A stretch of 64,000 nt of DNA, from positions 672,001 through 736,000 of the forward strand of contig CBDCOZ010000003.1 of the NCBI GenBank assembly GCA_965220085.1, read 5' to 3'. The stretch is from Candidatus Oxydemutatoraceae bacterium (lineage in GTDB: Bacteria; Pseudomonadota; Gammaproteobacteria; Poriferisulfidales; Oxydemutatoraceae). Shown here piece by piece: positions 30,253-40,519 of the stretch. A model generated the notes under the pieces. That model was not told where the DNA came from and did not search any database. It saw only the letters and a program-made list of their open reading frames with translations. How positions within the stretch are numbered: position 1 is the first letter of the stretch; each line of letters begins with the position of its first letter. Both the position numbers and the translations under genes were made by a program.

Positions 30253-30579
30253 CTGTCAGGATAACACATCGATGTTTGAAGCGGGTTTTGGCGGCTTGTG
30301 CCCGACTCCATCCGGCAACAATGAAAGTTGTAAAGGCGCTGCTCAACCGCTATTTTCATGTAGCCATTGACGTATTGCTTTGCCGAGTTGCTCGGCGATG
30401 CGGGCGCACAATTCCGCGCAGGGCACTCGCGCTATCGCCAATGTCTTGTCCGCCCCGAAAGCACACCCATCCGCATAACGCCGACAGCCGAAGTTGTGAC
30501 AGACACCGTCATAGCCGCGCTGTAACATCGCCTGTGCGCCGTGCCATGCGGACGCACAACCCCGCGCAGGGCACTCGCG

Positions 30580-30927
30580 CTATCGCAACGGGCCTTTCAG
30601 GAAGAGGCGCAAGCGCAGAGGAGCGCTCTCAAACTCTTCACGGGCATGCGTGCCAAACGAGGCGCAAGCACAAGCGCAGGGGAGCGCTCCCATACGAGTG
30701 CGGGCGGAAAGTTTTGCAGTAGTTTTCTCCCTCGCCGCATCGTCCTTCGCTTGTGGCTCGGACTCTGCGACTCCCGCGACGGGAGCGTCATGACAGCGCT
30801 CGCACAAACGCTTCTGCGCAGAAAAATCACGCGGTGATTTCGTGCTGTCAGACCGTTCGTCAGGTGATTCATGCCACCTGTCTAATAAGTTGAGCAGATC
30901 CCCTGAATGAGTGTTATTGTCCGGCAA
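30580..30927 (-). pseudogene. Tag-bearing remnant ORF (ends LRLRLFLKGPLR), with a second frameshifted partial tag copy near 30655-30690
   Basis: No signal peptide or recognisable body. GGCGCAAGC(G/A)CA...GGAGCGCTC is duplicated. Confidence 0.55.
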
Positions 30928-31215
30928 AAGGTCATTTGACTACAGCCTTAAATTAATATTATTATACAAATGGAGATATGATTATGAAAAAATCTAAAAC
31001 CCTAAAAGTGGGAGAGGTTCCGCAGGTTACTTATGAATCCGTCAAGGGCTTGACCGACGCAGGCTTTGACGAACAGCAAGCACACGCGATTGCCAACGAG
31101 CAATTGATACTGTTGCGCAAATACATGGACACTCTGGTAACGAAAGGCGAATTTGCCGAGTTCAGGTTAGAAACCCAAAAAGAATGGGAATTATGTATTT
31201 AACTTGACAGAGGTA

Positions 31216-31374
31216 TTATTTCTCAATAATTGTGGGTTTGCCTTGACGGTCTACCCGCATGACAAACTTACGGTTTAAGTCTGCTTTTGTCGGTATCGGG
31301 CAATCTTTATCCTTCGGCGGTTTCCCTGCTTTAAGTAGTGCCGTAGCCGCTCTGTCTAAGTCTTTCTGTTTCAT
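31216..31374 (-). CDS. 52-aa basic passenger ORF inside the IS
   Basis: MKQKDLDRAATALLKAGKPPKDKDCPIPTKADLNRKFVMRVDRQGKPTIIEK*; stop lies 2 bp from the IR. Confidence 0.45.
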   Translation of the reverse strand: MKQKDLDRAATALLKAGKPPKDKDCPIPTKADLNRKFVMRVDRQGKPTIIEK

Positions 31375-31525
31375 ATTTGCATATCTGACTGATTAGATGT
31401 GTCATGCTCTACATTGTCTATTTCATACTCAAAGGAAGGATAGCACCACCGATAAATCTATTTCAAAGGAACCCTTTTTGAATTATCTACCTTCACCGAA
31501 ACTGTAGTTATGCTGTGGGTGGTTT

Positions 31526-32446
31526 TCATCCTGTCAATTCCTTATAAGTAATCTGCTTGCCGTGCATACCGGCAAACAAACTGTTTAATCTGTCTTGGGT
31601 ATCTATCTCACAATTGCCATCGTTAAGACGGAAGGAAAACTCATTGACATAAGCCCTGCAATGCTTCTTACTCCAGTTGTGATACACACCGCTAAAACCT
31701 CTCTTGAGTACAGCCCATACGGATTCTATGCCGTTAGTGTGCGCCATACCATTTACATATTCCTTCGCAGAATGATTAACCGCATAGTGGCGATTGGCAA
31801 CACCATTGTATGAGGGGTTTTCATCAGTAAAAAGGGTAGAACCCTTGCGGACATTTTTATGTACGGCGGTCTGTAGTGTTTCCTTTGTAGTGTTCTCTAC
31901 TGGCATGGCCTTTACTCTGCCTTTACGCTCTCGCATACCCAGTATAGCAGTCTTGCCAGCACCACCGCGACCCGCCCGCTTTTTCTTGTTGGGATGGCGG
32001 TTTTTCTCCTTGCCGCCGATATAAGTTTCATCTGTCTCTACTTGCCCATGCAGCGCCTGCATATCCCCGCCACATATAACCCGCAAGCGGTGAAGCATAT
32101 ACCACGCTGTTCTTTGTTGCACTCCAATCTCTTTGCTTAATTGCAGACTGCTTATCCCTTTGCGTGAAGTGAGCAGGGTATAGGAAGCATAAACCCATTT
32201 TCTGGCATCTACTTTATTCCGCTCTAGCGGTGTATTGGTGAATACATTGAAGTATGAACGACAGCTACCGCACCAATAATCGCCAGCTTTCTTTTGCTCT
32301 GTAATTTTGTTATCACATCCGCATTTAGAACATACCGGCTTATCACTCCATGCCAGACTTTCAAGGTATCGTATGGTCGCTTCATCGGTCGGGTATTGCT
32401 CCATAATCTGATATAGGCTTAATATTTCTGCTTTTCTCTTACTCAT
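31526..32446 (-). CDS. IS1595-family DDE transposase
   Basis: Zn ribbon CSKC...CGSC, GISSLQLSKEIGVQQRTAWYMLHRLR HTH, VETDETYIGG, LFTDE, HTNGIESVWAVLKR. Confidence 0.93.
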   Translation of the reverse strand: MSKRKAEILSLYQIMEQYPTDEATIRYLESLAWSDKPVCSKCGCDNKITEQKKAGDYWCGSCRSYFNVFTNTPLERNKVDARKWVYASYTLLTSRKGISSLQLSKEIGVQQRTAWYMLHRLRVICGGDMQALHGQVETDETYIGGKEKNRHPNKKKRAGRGGAGKTAILGMRERKGRVKAMPVENTTKETLQTAVHKNVRKGSTLFTDENPSYNGVANRHYAVNHSAKEYVNGMAHTNGIESVWAVLKRGFSGVYHNWSKKHCRAYVNEFSFRLNDGNCEIDTQDRLNSLFAGMHGKQITYKELTG

Positions 32447-32943
32447 AGTCCTAATCCCCAAAGTGGTTTAACAACGAATTAAGATATAGGTATATAGCGT
32501 ACTGGTATCTTTGTCAAGTTTCCTGCCTGACATAATCCGCCTCTGTCAAGTTAAATACATAATTCCCAAAAGAATTTGCCGAGTTCAAGTCAGAAATCCG
32601 AAAAGAAATAGCTGAGTTCAAGTCAGAAATCCGAAAAGAGATAGCTGAGTTAAGAAAAGAAATAGATGAGTTAAGAAAAGAAATAGACGAGCTAAGAAAA
32701 GAAGTAGTTGAGTTGAAAGTAATGATATCCGAGCAAACAGCAAAAATCACAACTCTGTTCATGATAGTCTCCCTTGGGTTAGCGGCTTTTGTTGTTACGG
32801 CGCTAACTATATTTATTGCATTTTTCACTTAGGTCTGTGCCGTATCTTGTTCGCGCCGACAGAGAGGGAGATGCTTCACAGACAGCGTTCCCTCTCTGGC
32901 GTAGCGCAGTTGCGCCGACTCCGCCGCGAGGGGATTGCTCGCG

Positions 32944-33556
32944 CTATCGCAACGGGCCTTCAAGGAAGACGCGCAAGCGCAGGCGCGGGCCCGGAGTGCA
33001 GTTCGGATAGTCGCCGAAGTGCGAAGCCGGATTGCATACGCATTCGGTTTCGCCGTTGAGGTTGTGGGCCGGCGGATAGCTGCCGGGGACTGTGCCACTG
33101 AGGCTACAGTCTGCAACAAAGGCGATTCCGCTGTTTTGGCGGACACGAGGATGGTCCTCCGCTCTTGGAAAAACTGGCGGGTTGCCATATAAGTCTGTGC
33201 AAGTGGGGACGTTTCCGTGTAAGAAGCAGCTATCACTTGCACCTCCTAATATACTGTGTGACGGGATGAGGCAAGACAACTCTAACGACGCAACGCTTGA
33301 CCAGGACCAACCCGCGTCTTCACAGTCCTCCAGAATTGGAATTAGGGCATCGTCAAAGCAACCAGTGTTGGGCAAAGCAGGATCGCTTTGATCCGTAACT
33401 CGCGTTTGCCCTTCGGGGCATTCGGTTTGCGCGTATGCGCTGTTTGCAAATGTGCAAGCAAGTATTACCGCCGCGCAAATTCTAAGCGTAGCGGGGGGGG
33501 GGGGGGGGGGTAGCGGTATTAAAAATTTGTTGGTTCATGATATTTCGTTGATTCAT
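32944..33556 (-). CDS. FLEGPLR-tag family protein I, Cys-rich; poly-C18 frameshift (OFF; -1 restores frame)
   Basis: GGAG RBS, MNQRNIMNQQIFNTAT, tract 33493-33510, then TAG. The -1 frame gives ATLRICAAVILACTFANSAYA-QTECPEG. Ends RLRLRVFLEGPLR*. Confidence 0.8.
33493..33510 (-). repeat. Poly-C18 tract
   Basis: G18 on the + strand. Confidence 0.9.
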
Positions 33557-33727
33557 GGTTTTACTCCTGATAAATATATCTGTACAAGCAGTATCGCACC
33601 ATACTATAAATTCAGTCATTCACAAGTGCAACCGTTGCTCTCCTCCTCATGGATTTCGTTGCACTGTATCATAAATTCCGTCATTTGCAAGTTTAACTAT
33701 TATTCTCCTCCTATGGGATTCTGTCGC

Positions 33728-33755
33728 ACTATATCACAAGTTCAATCATTTGCAA
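33728..33755 (-). promoter_or_regulatory. Family promoter TTGCAA-N16-TATAGT
   Basis: Conserved motif; the block 33590-33880 parallels 11635-12040. Confidence 0.6.
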
Positions 33756-33953
33756 GCGCTTTTTTGTCAAGCCTCAACGACCGCCTTCGGCGACCGGTTG
33801 TGTCGTCGTTGCGAGGTGTCGCTATTGCCTGTCGGCCTTTGTTGAAGCCAAGAATCCGGAATGTTTCCGGCATGATTCGGTCATTTGCAAGCGCCTTTTC
33901 ACCCCTTTGTGCGCCCCCTAATATTCCCCGTTCTCCGCCGCAGGATATTCGCG

Positions 33954-35293
33954 CTATCGCAACGGGCCTTCAAGGAAAAGGCGCAACCGCAAGCGCAGGT
34001 ATGGCTGGCGAACGCATTCCGTCGCACCATTCAGATTCGCCCTCGCCGGAATCATGCCCTCCCCGCAGTTGAAAACATACGGCTCCCGAACCGGAATCAT
34101 GTTAAACGCCGCCCTGATTCGCGCGATAATTTCATTGTCGCTTGCCCCGAGGCGCAGCGAAAAGGGAATCCCGTTGTCCCGGAACACTTGTATCAAAATA
34201 AATTCGTTGCCAACTTCGACTTGCAACTGCTCGCGGCTGACTTGACTGATGGCTTCGTTAATATAGTCCGGCTCGCCGTTGTATCGCCCCAAAACCGCAT
34301 TCGCATAAGCCAGCGCCACAGTGCCAAGAGTGTCGCTTCGTCGGAAATTTATCAACTGAAAGCCGTCATAAAGATTTTGCACCAGCGGCGGCAGAGCCGG
34401 CGGAAAGGCGTATTCCTCGCCGAACACATCATCGCACAGAGGCATGTCCGTGCCCGTGCTCGCGATAACAAAGCAGCCGTCATAATCCGTATCCGTCTCG
34501 TCCGAAGTCAGCGGGATTTCGCATTTGATGGGGGTGGTGGTAGTGGAAATAGTCCACCCTTGACTCGTGCATATGCCAACCGCCTCCCGCTGGGCGCGGG
34601 TCAAAGTCGGCGCGGCAACGCAGTCCGGCCATTCGCCGATGTGCGAGTCCAAGTCGCAGGAGCATTCGGTTTCGCCGTTGAGGTTATGGTCGGGCGGATA
34701 GCCGCCGGGGACATTTCCGTCCCGGTCGCAGTTCGCCACAAAAGAATCCCCGCCGGACCCATCAGCTTTAACATTGGTGTGGTCCGCCGCTTTCGGAAAA
34801 ACTGGCGGGTCGCCAAACATATCTGTGCATAACAAAACACTTCTTCCCTCTATGTCGCATATGTCCCCGCTATTCAAGCTGGACCCTGTATACAAAGCGA
34901 CCCCAATCTGACAACCCAATTCTCCAGACGAGATAAACACACTCGTCGAATCCCTGCCCAACCAACCCGCACCTTCACAGTCCTTCAGAATTTCGATTGC
35001 GGCATCGGTAAAACAATTCGTGGCATTGGAGAGGGAGTCTCGGGTTACCCTCGTGACTCGCGTTTCCCCTTCTTCGCAGACATCGTGGCAGGAGCCGAGT
35101 TCGGAAACCATCTCCTGTCCCGCCAGACAGGTTTGCGCTGACGCGTTGTTCGCGGCGAATACAAAAGTAAATACGAGCGCTATCGCCGCACAAATTCGGC
35201 TATTGCGGAGGGAGCACCGCCTGCCCGTTAGGGGGGGGGGGGGGGGGTAGAGGTATTAAAAGTTCTCTGGTTCATGCCATTTTGTCGTTTCAT
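33954..35293 (-). CDS. FLEGPLR-tag family protein J, two Cys-rich modules; poly-C17 frameshift (OFF; +1 or -2 restores frame)
   Basis: GGAG RBS, MKRQNGMNQRTFNTST, tract 35231-35247, then TAA. The +1 frame gives LTGRRCSLRNSRICAAIALVFTFVFAANNASA-QTC. Confidence 0.8.
35231..35247 (-). repeat. Poly-C17 tract
   Basis: G17 on the + strand. Confidence 0.9.
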
Positions 35294-35532
35294 AGTATTA
35301 CTCCTGATAAATGTAGTTGTACGGTATATGTACACAAGCTAGTGAGGCACAGTAATAAGAGGCACAAACGGTATGAGAGCACAAACAACTCAGTTGTGTG
35401 TCCTTGATTGTTGTTTGTGCTCCGCAAACTGCTTGCAGATTGTTTGATGTTGCACTATGCCACAGAGTGTCAGTCATTTGCAAATACCTTTGTATCCTGC
35501 GCCTGTGAAGGCTGTTATACGATAAATGTCGC

Positions 35533-35560
35533 ACTATATCACAAGTTCAATCATTTGCAA
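35533..35560 (-). promoter_or_regulatory. Family promoter TTGCAA-N16-TATAGT (second variant copy at 35454-35483)
   Basis: Conserved motif. Confidence 0.55.
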
Positions 35561-35624
35561 GCGCCTTTTCACCCCCTTTGTGCGCCCCCTAATATTCCCC
35601 GTTCTCCGTCGTAGGGTACTCGCA

Positions 35625-36020
35625 CTATCGCAACGGCCCTTCAAGGAAAAGGCGCAACCGCAAGGCTGTTGCCACAGGCAACGGTGGCACAGCGACCCTT
35701 CCGATGCGGGCGTGGGAAACCGATCCATGAAGCCATCCATCAAAGAGGCGCGCGGCGCGGTGGGTTGTCCGCATTGCCAGCAAAGGAAGGCTACCCGCAA
35801 GGGCAAGCGACTCGGTGATGACCGGCGCAAAGCATGCGATACGGAGTTTGCTGTGCGCCGATTCGTTGCGCGGAACAATTTCGCGCGAGGCGCAAAGCAT
35901 GTGATACGGAGTTTGTTGTGCGCCGACACGTGCTTTCGCATGCCACCCCACTCCATTCGAAAGCATGTGATACGGAGTTTGTTGTGCGCCGACACGGCAA
36001 ACGATACCGCCGCAGGTCAT
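35625..36020 (-). pseudogene. Tag-bearing ORF without signal peptide (ends ALRLRLFLEGPLR), overlapping the stop of the CPBP gene
   Basis: Intact tag, but the body is built from 33-bp repeats; coding status doubtful. Confidence 0.45.
35829..35992. repeat. Three 33-bp direct repeats with 32/33-bp unique spacers
   Basis: AAAGCATG(C/T)GATACGGAGTTTG(C/T)TGTGCGCCGA at 35829, 35894 and 35960. Confidence 0.8.
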
Positions 36021-36895
36021 CGGTTATGGCCGGAAGTAATCCCGCGTCTGAGGTTTGAAAACCACCAGAGGGTTATCACGCCGAACCAGATTGCGGCGCC
36101 CCAGCCGATAAACCCGTCGTAATTGCCGATCAGAAATGCGAAATCCGAGTCGGGATTGGCAGCGGTGAACTTTTTATTCAGTTTGACTACGATGATCCAA
36201 CCGCAGTGGACGCCGATGCACGGCATGATGTGGTTTGCCGATAACCTGACAAGCGCAAGAAAAGCGCCCGCCAGGAACAGGGCGGTTGCCGTCTGAATCG
36301 CATCATAAAACCCGTGCTTTTCGCGAATGCCTTCGGCAAGGTTCCATATCCCGGCATACCAAGGCGCGGTCGTGTCGGGCGGCGATTCTTGGATCGCAAT
36401 AAAATGCAGCGCGGCGAACAGCGCGGACGGCAGCAACACGGCCATGACTGTCTGGCCCTTTTTGACGAAGCCGTCCATCAACGCGCCGCGGAAGAAGCAT
36501 TCCTCGATGGTCGCTATCAGCAAAGCGGCCAGAGCTATGCGCGGCAGAGCGGACAGGATTTGGAAGTCTTTGTCCGGGGCGTTCAGGCCTATCATCCAAA
36601 AGAGCATTGCAAGCGTCAGAGCAATGAGGGTGCCGGCGAAGAGACCGGTCAAAAACAAACGCAACGGTTTTGGTTCCGTCTTGATAAAGCCGAACGTTTT
36701 TAACAACGGCAGCTTGCGCGCCTTGAGCGCAAAAACAACAAAGAGGATAATGGACAAGATGATGAGAACTTTTGCGAAGCGGCGAAACTTAATCAGCGAC
36801 TCCAACGCCGTCCATTCGTACAAAGGCCGGGATATTGCGGCGGCGGCGAGGATGGCGATAGCCGTCGTAAAGACCAGAATCAGAAAATGTTTCAT
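36017..36895 (-). CDS. CPBP (CAAX protease/Abi) family intramembrane glutamic endopeptidase
   Basis: EECFFRG, LFAALHF, GVHCGW, multiple TM helices. Confidence 0.85.
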   Translation of the reverse strand: MKHFLILVFTTAIAILAAAAISRPLYEWTALESLIKFRRFAKVLIILSIILFVVFALKARKLPLLKTFGFIKTEPKPLRLFLTGLFAGTLIALTLAMLFWMIGLNAPDKDFQILSALPRIALAALLIATIEECFFRGALMDGFVKKGQTVMAVLLPSALFAALHFIAIQESPPDTTAPWYAGIWNLAEGIREKHGFYDAIQTATALFLAGAFLALVRLSANHIMPCIGVHCGWIIVVKLNKKFTAANPDSDFAFLIGNYDGFIGWGAAIWFGVITLWWFSNLRRGITSGHNR

Positions 36896-36992
36896 GTTGT
36901 GACGAACATTATATCTATCCGACAAATGCGCGCGCGCTCGCGCGGTGTCGCTCGCGCGGTTTGCCCGTCGCTTGGGTTAAGATAGGGGGCAT

Positions 36993-37078
36993 GCGGAAGT
37001 GGCGGAATCGGTAGACGCGCCGGCTTTAGGCGCCGGTGGGCTAGTCCTGTGAGAGTTCGAGTCTCTCCTTCCGCACCA
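36993..37078 (+). tRNA. tRNA-Leu(TAG)
   Basis: CCGGC-TTTAGGC-GCCGG, long variable arm, CCA end; upstream of tig. Confidence 0.95.
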
Positions 37079-37188
37079 GTTTTTGTGATGCGAGTTACGC
37101 TTTTTATGAGTTTGTTCACAATCGTTATGGCCTGATTGGGTATAATAACCCGCAATATACTATCCCGTTATTCATTCAAGAAGTATTG

Positions 37189-38448
37189 ATGGAAGTTTCA
37201 GTAGAAGATGTAGGCAGTCTGGGGAAGAAGTTGCATATCAGGGTTCCGTTTGCGGAAGTCCGACCGAGATTGAGCGAAGAAGCGCAGAGGATGAGCCGCA
37301 AGGCGCGAGTCGATGGCTTTCGTCCGGGCAAGGCGCCGTTGCGCGTCATAGAACAACGCTTTGGGCGGCAGATTTTTCAGGATGTCGCGAAGGATGTGAT
37401 TCGCGACTCTTATCTGCAGGCCGTGCGCAGCCATAAGTTTCGCCCGACAGGCAATCCGGATTTTGAAGATGTTTCAATGACGCCCGGCGAGGACATACAA
37501 TTTACGGCGAGCATAGAGTTGTACCCGCAGTTTCAAGTCGCGCCGATGGCCGGACATAAAATTGAAAAGCCGGTAGCCGAAGTGGCAGAACAAGATATCC
37601 AAAACATGATAGAACGGGTGAGAAAAAGCCACACGCGGTGGAGCGCTGTCGAGCGGCCGGCCCGCGAGGGCGATCGCCTGACCATACATCTTCAAGACGG
37701 CAACGAGCAGGGGAAAGATCCGCAGGTGGTTCTGGGCGGCGAAGGCGCGGTGGCGGCGGCTTTTACAAAACATCTGGCGGGGGCGCGCAACGGAGAAACG
37801 CGCACGGTTCGCTTGCAGCCCGATGAGACAGGCAAAGAAACGGAATACGAGGCGGAGGTCAAAGCGATTGAGGAGGGGGCTTTGCCGGAATTGGATGATG
37901 ACTTCTTTGCGCTATGCGGCGCAGACGGATTGGACGGTTTGCGGGAGATGCTTGCGAGCGGGATGGAAAAACAATTAAAGAGCAGTTTGGAAAGTATCGC
38001 CAAGACAAAGGTCATGAATGCCTTGTTGGAGCGGAATCCGATAGAATTACCCCGCAGTTTGATTGCGCAAGAGATAGAAGCGATGAGGAATGATTCTGTG
38101 AAACGCTTGAATTTGACCGCCGAGCAGGTTGCCGGCCTATCGGATGACTTGTATCGCGACACGGCGGAACGGCGGGTGAGGCTGAGCTTGCTGTTAAATC
38201 AATTTGCGAGGCAGCATCAACTGGCGGCGGAGCAACAGGCTGTCGAGGCCAAACTGGACGCTATCACGGCGGCTTATGAGGATGCCGAGAATATCAAGCA
38301 ACATTATCGCAATAATTCCGAGGCGCGCTCTGCGCTGGAGGCGATGGCGCTTGAAGATAAGGTGATTGCGGGCATATTGAGCGAGGCCGATGTGTTTGAG
38401 AAGCATTATTCCTTTGATGAAATCCTCGAGCAGGCGGCGGCGCATTAA
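37189..38448 (+). CDS. tig: Trigger factor
   Basis: DGFRPGKAP ribosome-binding motif; tig-clpP-clpX-lon synteny. Confidence 0.93.
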   Translation: MEVSVEDVGSLGKKLHIRVPFAEVRPRLSEEAQRMSRKARVDGFRPGKAPLRVIEQRFGRQIFQDVAKDVIRDSYLQAVRSHKFRPTGNPDFEDVSMTPGEDIQFTASIELYPQFQVAPMAGHKIEKPVAEVAEQDIQNMIERVRKSHTRWSAVERPAREGDRLTIHLQDGNEQGKDPQVVLGGEGAVAAAFTKHLAGARNGETRTVRLQPDETGKETEYEAEVKAIEEGALPELDDDFFALCGADGLDGLREMLASGMEKQLKSSLESIAKTKVMNALLERNPIELPRSLIAQEIEAMRNDSVKRLNLTAEQVAGLSDDLYRDTAERRVRLSLLLNQFARQHQLAAEQQAVEAKLDAITAAYEDAENIKQHYRNNSEARSALEAMALEDKVIAGILSEADVFEKHYSFDEILEQAAAH

Positions 38449-38464
38449 CAGAGCATAAGGAAAT

Positions 38465-39070
38465 ATGAACGACAGTCCCGAAATACAAGCACAGTTAATC
38501 CCGATGGTCATCGAGCAAACCTCGCGAGGCGAGCGCGCGTATGACATTTACTCAAGGCTCTTAAAGGAGCGATTGATTTTTATTGTCGGGCCGATCGATG
38601 ATCATATGGCGAATCTCGTTGTTGCGCAGATATTGTTTCTTGAATCGGAAAATCCGAACAAGGATATTTCTCTCTATATCAATTCTCCGGGCGGCTCGGT
38701 GTCCGCGGGGCTCGCAATTTACGATACGATGCAATTCACGACGCCCGATGTCAGCACGATGTGTATCGGGCAAGCCGCCAGCATGGGGGCGGTTTTGTTG
38801 GCCGGCGGCAGACGAGGCAAGCGCTATGCGTTGCCGCATTCGAGGGTTCTGATTCATCAGCCCTTGGGCGGTTTTCAAGGACAGGCGACCGACATTGAAA
38901 TTCATACCAAGGAGATTCTCAAGGTCAGGGAGACGCTCAATACGATATTGGCTTCCCACACCGGTCAAGCGATTGAGACGATTTTGGAGGATACCGAGCG
39001 CGATCGCTTTATGGGGGCGCGGGAAGCATGCGACTACGGCATCATAGATGAGATCATGTCAAAGCGGTAA
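38465..39070 (+). CDS. clpP: Clp protease proteolytic subunit
   Basis: [28 protein letters not shown]. Confidence 0.97.
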   Translation: MNDSPEIQAQLIPMVIEQTSRGERAYDIYSRLLKERLIFIVGPIDDHMANLVVAQILFLESENPNKDISLYINSPGGSVSAGLAIYDTMQFTTPDVSTMCIGQAASMGAVLLAGGRRGKRYALPHSRVLIHQPLGGFQGQATDIEIHTKEILKVRETLNTILASHTGQAIETILEDTERDRFMGAREACDYGIIDEIMSKR

Positions 39071-39173
39071 CGGGAATCGCGGATAGTCCAATGAAACAAA
39101 CGCCATATCACATAGTTCGCTTGCAAAGTTCATGGCTTTATGCTTCCATAGCTTCTCAACAGGGTAAATCCGA

Positions 39174-40454
39174 GTGACTAACGGCAAAGATAACCAAGGG
39201 CAAGGCGAGAAATTACTCCATTGCTCTTTCTGTGGCAAGAGTCAACGCGAGGTTCGCAAGTTGATTGCCGGTCCTTCCATTTTCATTTGCAACGAATGCA
39301 TTGATTTGTGCAATGACGTTCTGGCCGAGGAATATAACGAAGAAGGCGTTGCGGGCGATATGCATATCGCCAATCCGCAGACGATACATCGGGCGCTTGA
39401 CGAATATGTGATCGGCCAAGACCATGCCAAAAAGGTATTGTCGGTCTCGGTGCACAACCATTACAAACGTTTGCAAAGCGCAAAAGACAGCCGCGACGAT
39501 GTGGAGATTTCCAAAAGCAATATTCTTTTGATCGGCCCGACCGGTTGCGGCAAAACATTGCTCGCGCAGACCTTGGCAAAAACACTCAATGTGCCTTTTA
39601 CGATTGCCGATGCGACGACCCTGACCGAAGCGGGGTATGTCGGAGAGGATGTCGAAAATATTATTCAGCGGTTGTTGCAGACCTGCGACTACGATGTCGA
39701 AAAAGCGCAGCGCGGCATCGTCTATATCGACGAGATAGACAAGATTTCCCGCAAATCGGACAACCCGTCGATTACCCGGGACGTGTCGGGCGAGGGGGTG
39801 CAGCAGGCTCTGCTTAAGTTGATCGAAGGGACGGTTGCGTCGGTTCCCCCGCACGGCGGGCGCAAACATCCGCAGCAAGAATTTTTGCAGGTAGATACGA
39901 GCAATATCCTGTTCATTTGCAGCGGCGCCTTTGCCGGTTTGCACAAGGTGGTTCAACAGCGAACCGAGAAAGGCAGCATCGGGTTTTCCGCCGACATAAA
40001 ATCGATTGACGATAGCAAGTCTGTGACGGATATGTTGCGGATGGCAGAAGCGGAAGATCTCATTCGCTACGGTTTGATACCCGAGTTTGTCGGGCGTCTT
40101 TCGGTATCCGCGGTGCTGGATGAGTTGGATCAAGATGCGCTGATTACTATTTTGACCGAGCCTCGCAACGCATTGGTCAAACAATACCGGCATCTTTTTC
40201 GCATGGAAGGCGTCGAACTGGAATTCCAGCACGACGCATTGCTGTCTATCGCGCAGCGGGCGATGAAAAAGAAAGTCGGCGCGCGCGGCTTGCGCGGCAT
40301 CATAGAGGATGTGTTGCTCGATACGATGTACGAGTTGCCGGCCTTATCCAATGTGGAAAAAGTGATTGTTGACAAAGGGGCCGTTGAGAAAAATGGCGCG
40401 CCTATCATGGTTTACAAAGGCGATGACGAAGAGACATACAACAAAGCGGGCTAA
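39174..40454 (+). CDS. clpX: Clp protease ATP-binding subunit
   Basis: CSFCGK Zn finger, [24 protein letters not shown] loop. Confidence 0.97.
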   Translation: MTNGKDNQGQGEKLLHCSFCGKSQREVRKLIAGPSIFICNECIDLCNDVLAEEYNEEGVAGDMHIANPQTIHRALDEYVIGQDHAKKVLSVSVHNHYKRLQSAKDSRDDVEISKSNILLIGPTGCGKTLLAQTLAKTLNVPFTIADATTLTEAGYVGEDVENIIQRLLQTCDYDVEKAQRGIVYIDEIDKISRKSDNPSITRDVSGEGVQQALLKLIEGTVASVPPHGGRKHPQQEFLQVDTSNILFICSGAFAGLHKVVQQRTEKGSIGFSADIKSIDDSKSVTDMLRMAEAEDLIRYGLIPEFVGRLSVSAVLDELDQDALITILTEPRNALVKQYRHLFRMEGVELEFQHDALLSIAQRAMKKKVGARGLRGIIEDVLLDTMYELPALSNVEKVIVDKGAVEKNGAPIMVYKGDDEETYNKAG

Positions 40455-40519
40455 GCTTCTCTTGACTATTCGGATTATTCCCATACATAAAGGCTATACA
40501 TTTTCGGAGGCATAGATCT

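Larger units (their letters stand above)
31186..32567 (-). mobile_element. Complete IS1595-family insertion sequence (1382 bp)
   Basis: Perfect 28-bp IRs GGGAATTATGTATTTAACTTGACAGAGG (31186-31213 and 32540-32567). 8-bp TSD AAAAGAAT at 31178-31185 and 32568-32575. Lower GC. Confidence 0.95.
30978..32832 (+). pseudogene. DUF1640/CCDC90-like coiled-coil membrane protein interrupted by an IS
   Basis: Removing the IS and one TSD joins ...LTDAGFDEQQAHAI...LVTKGEFAEFRLETQKE to FAEFKSEIRKEIAE...TM segment-TAG(32832) in frame. Confidence 0.8.

Noticed and set aside
32514-32828. Minus-strand 104-aa ORF
   Set aside because: Antisense shadow of the 3' half of the IS-split coiled-coil gene.
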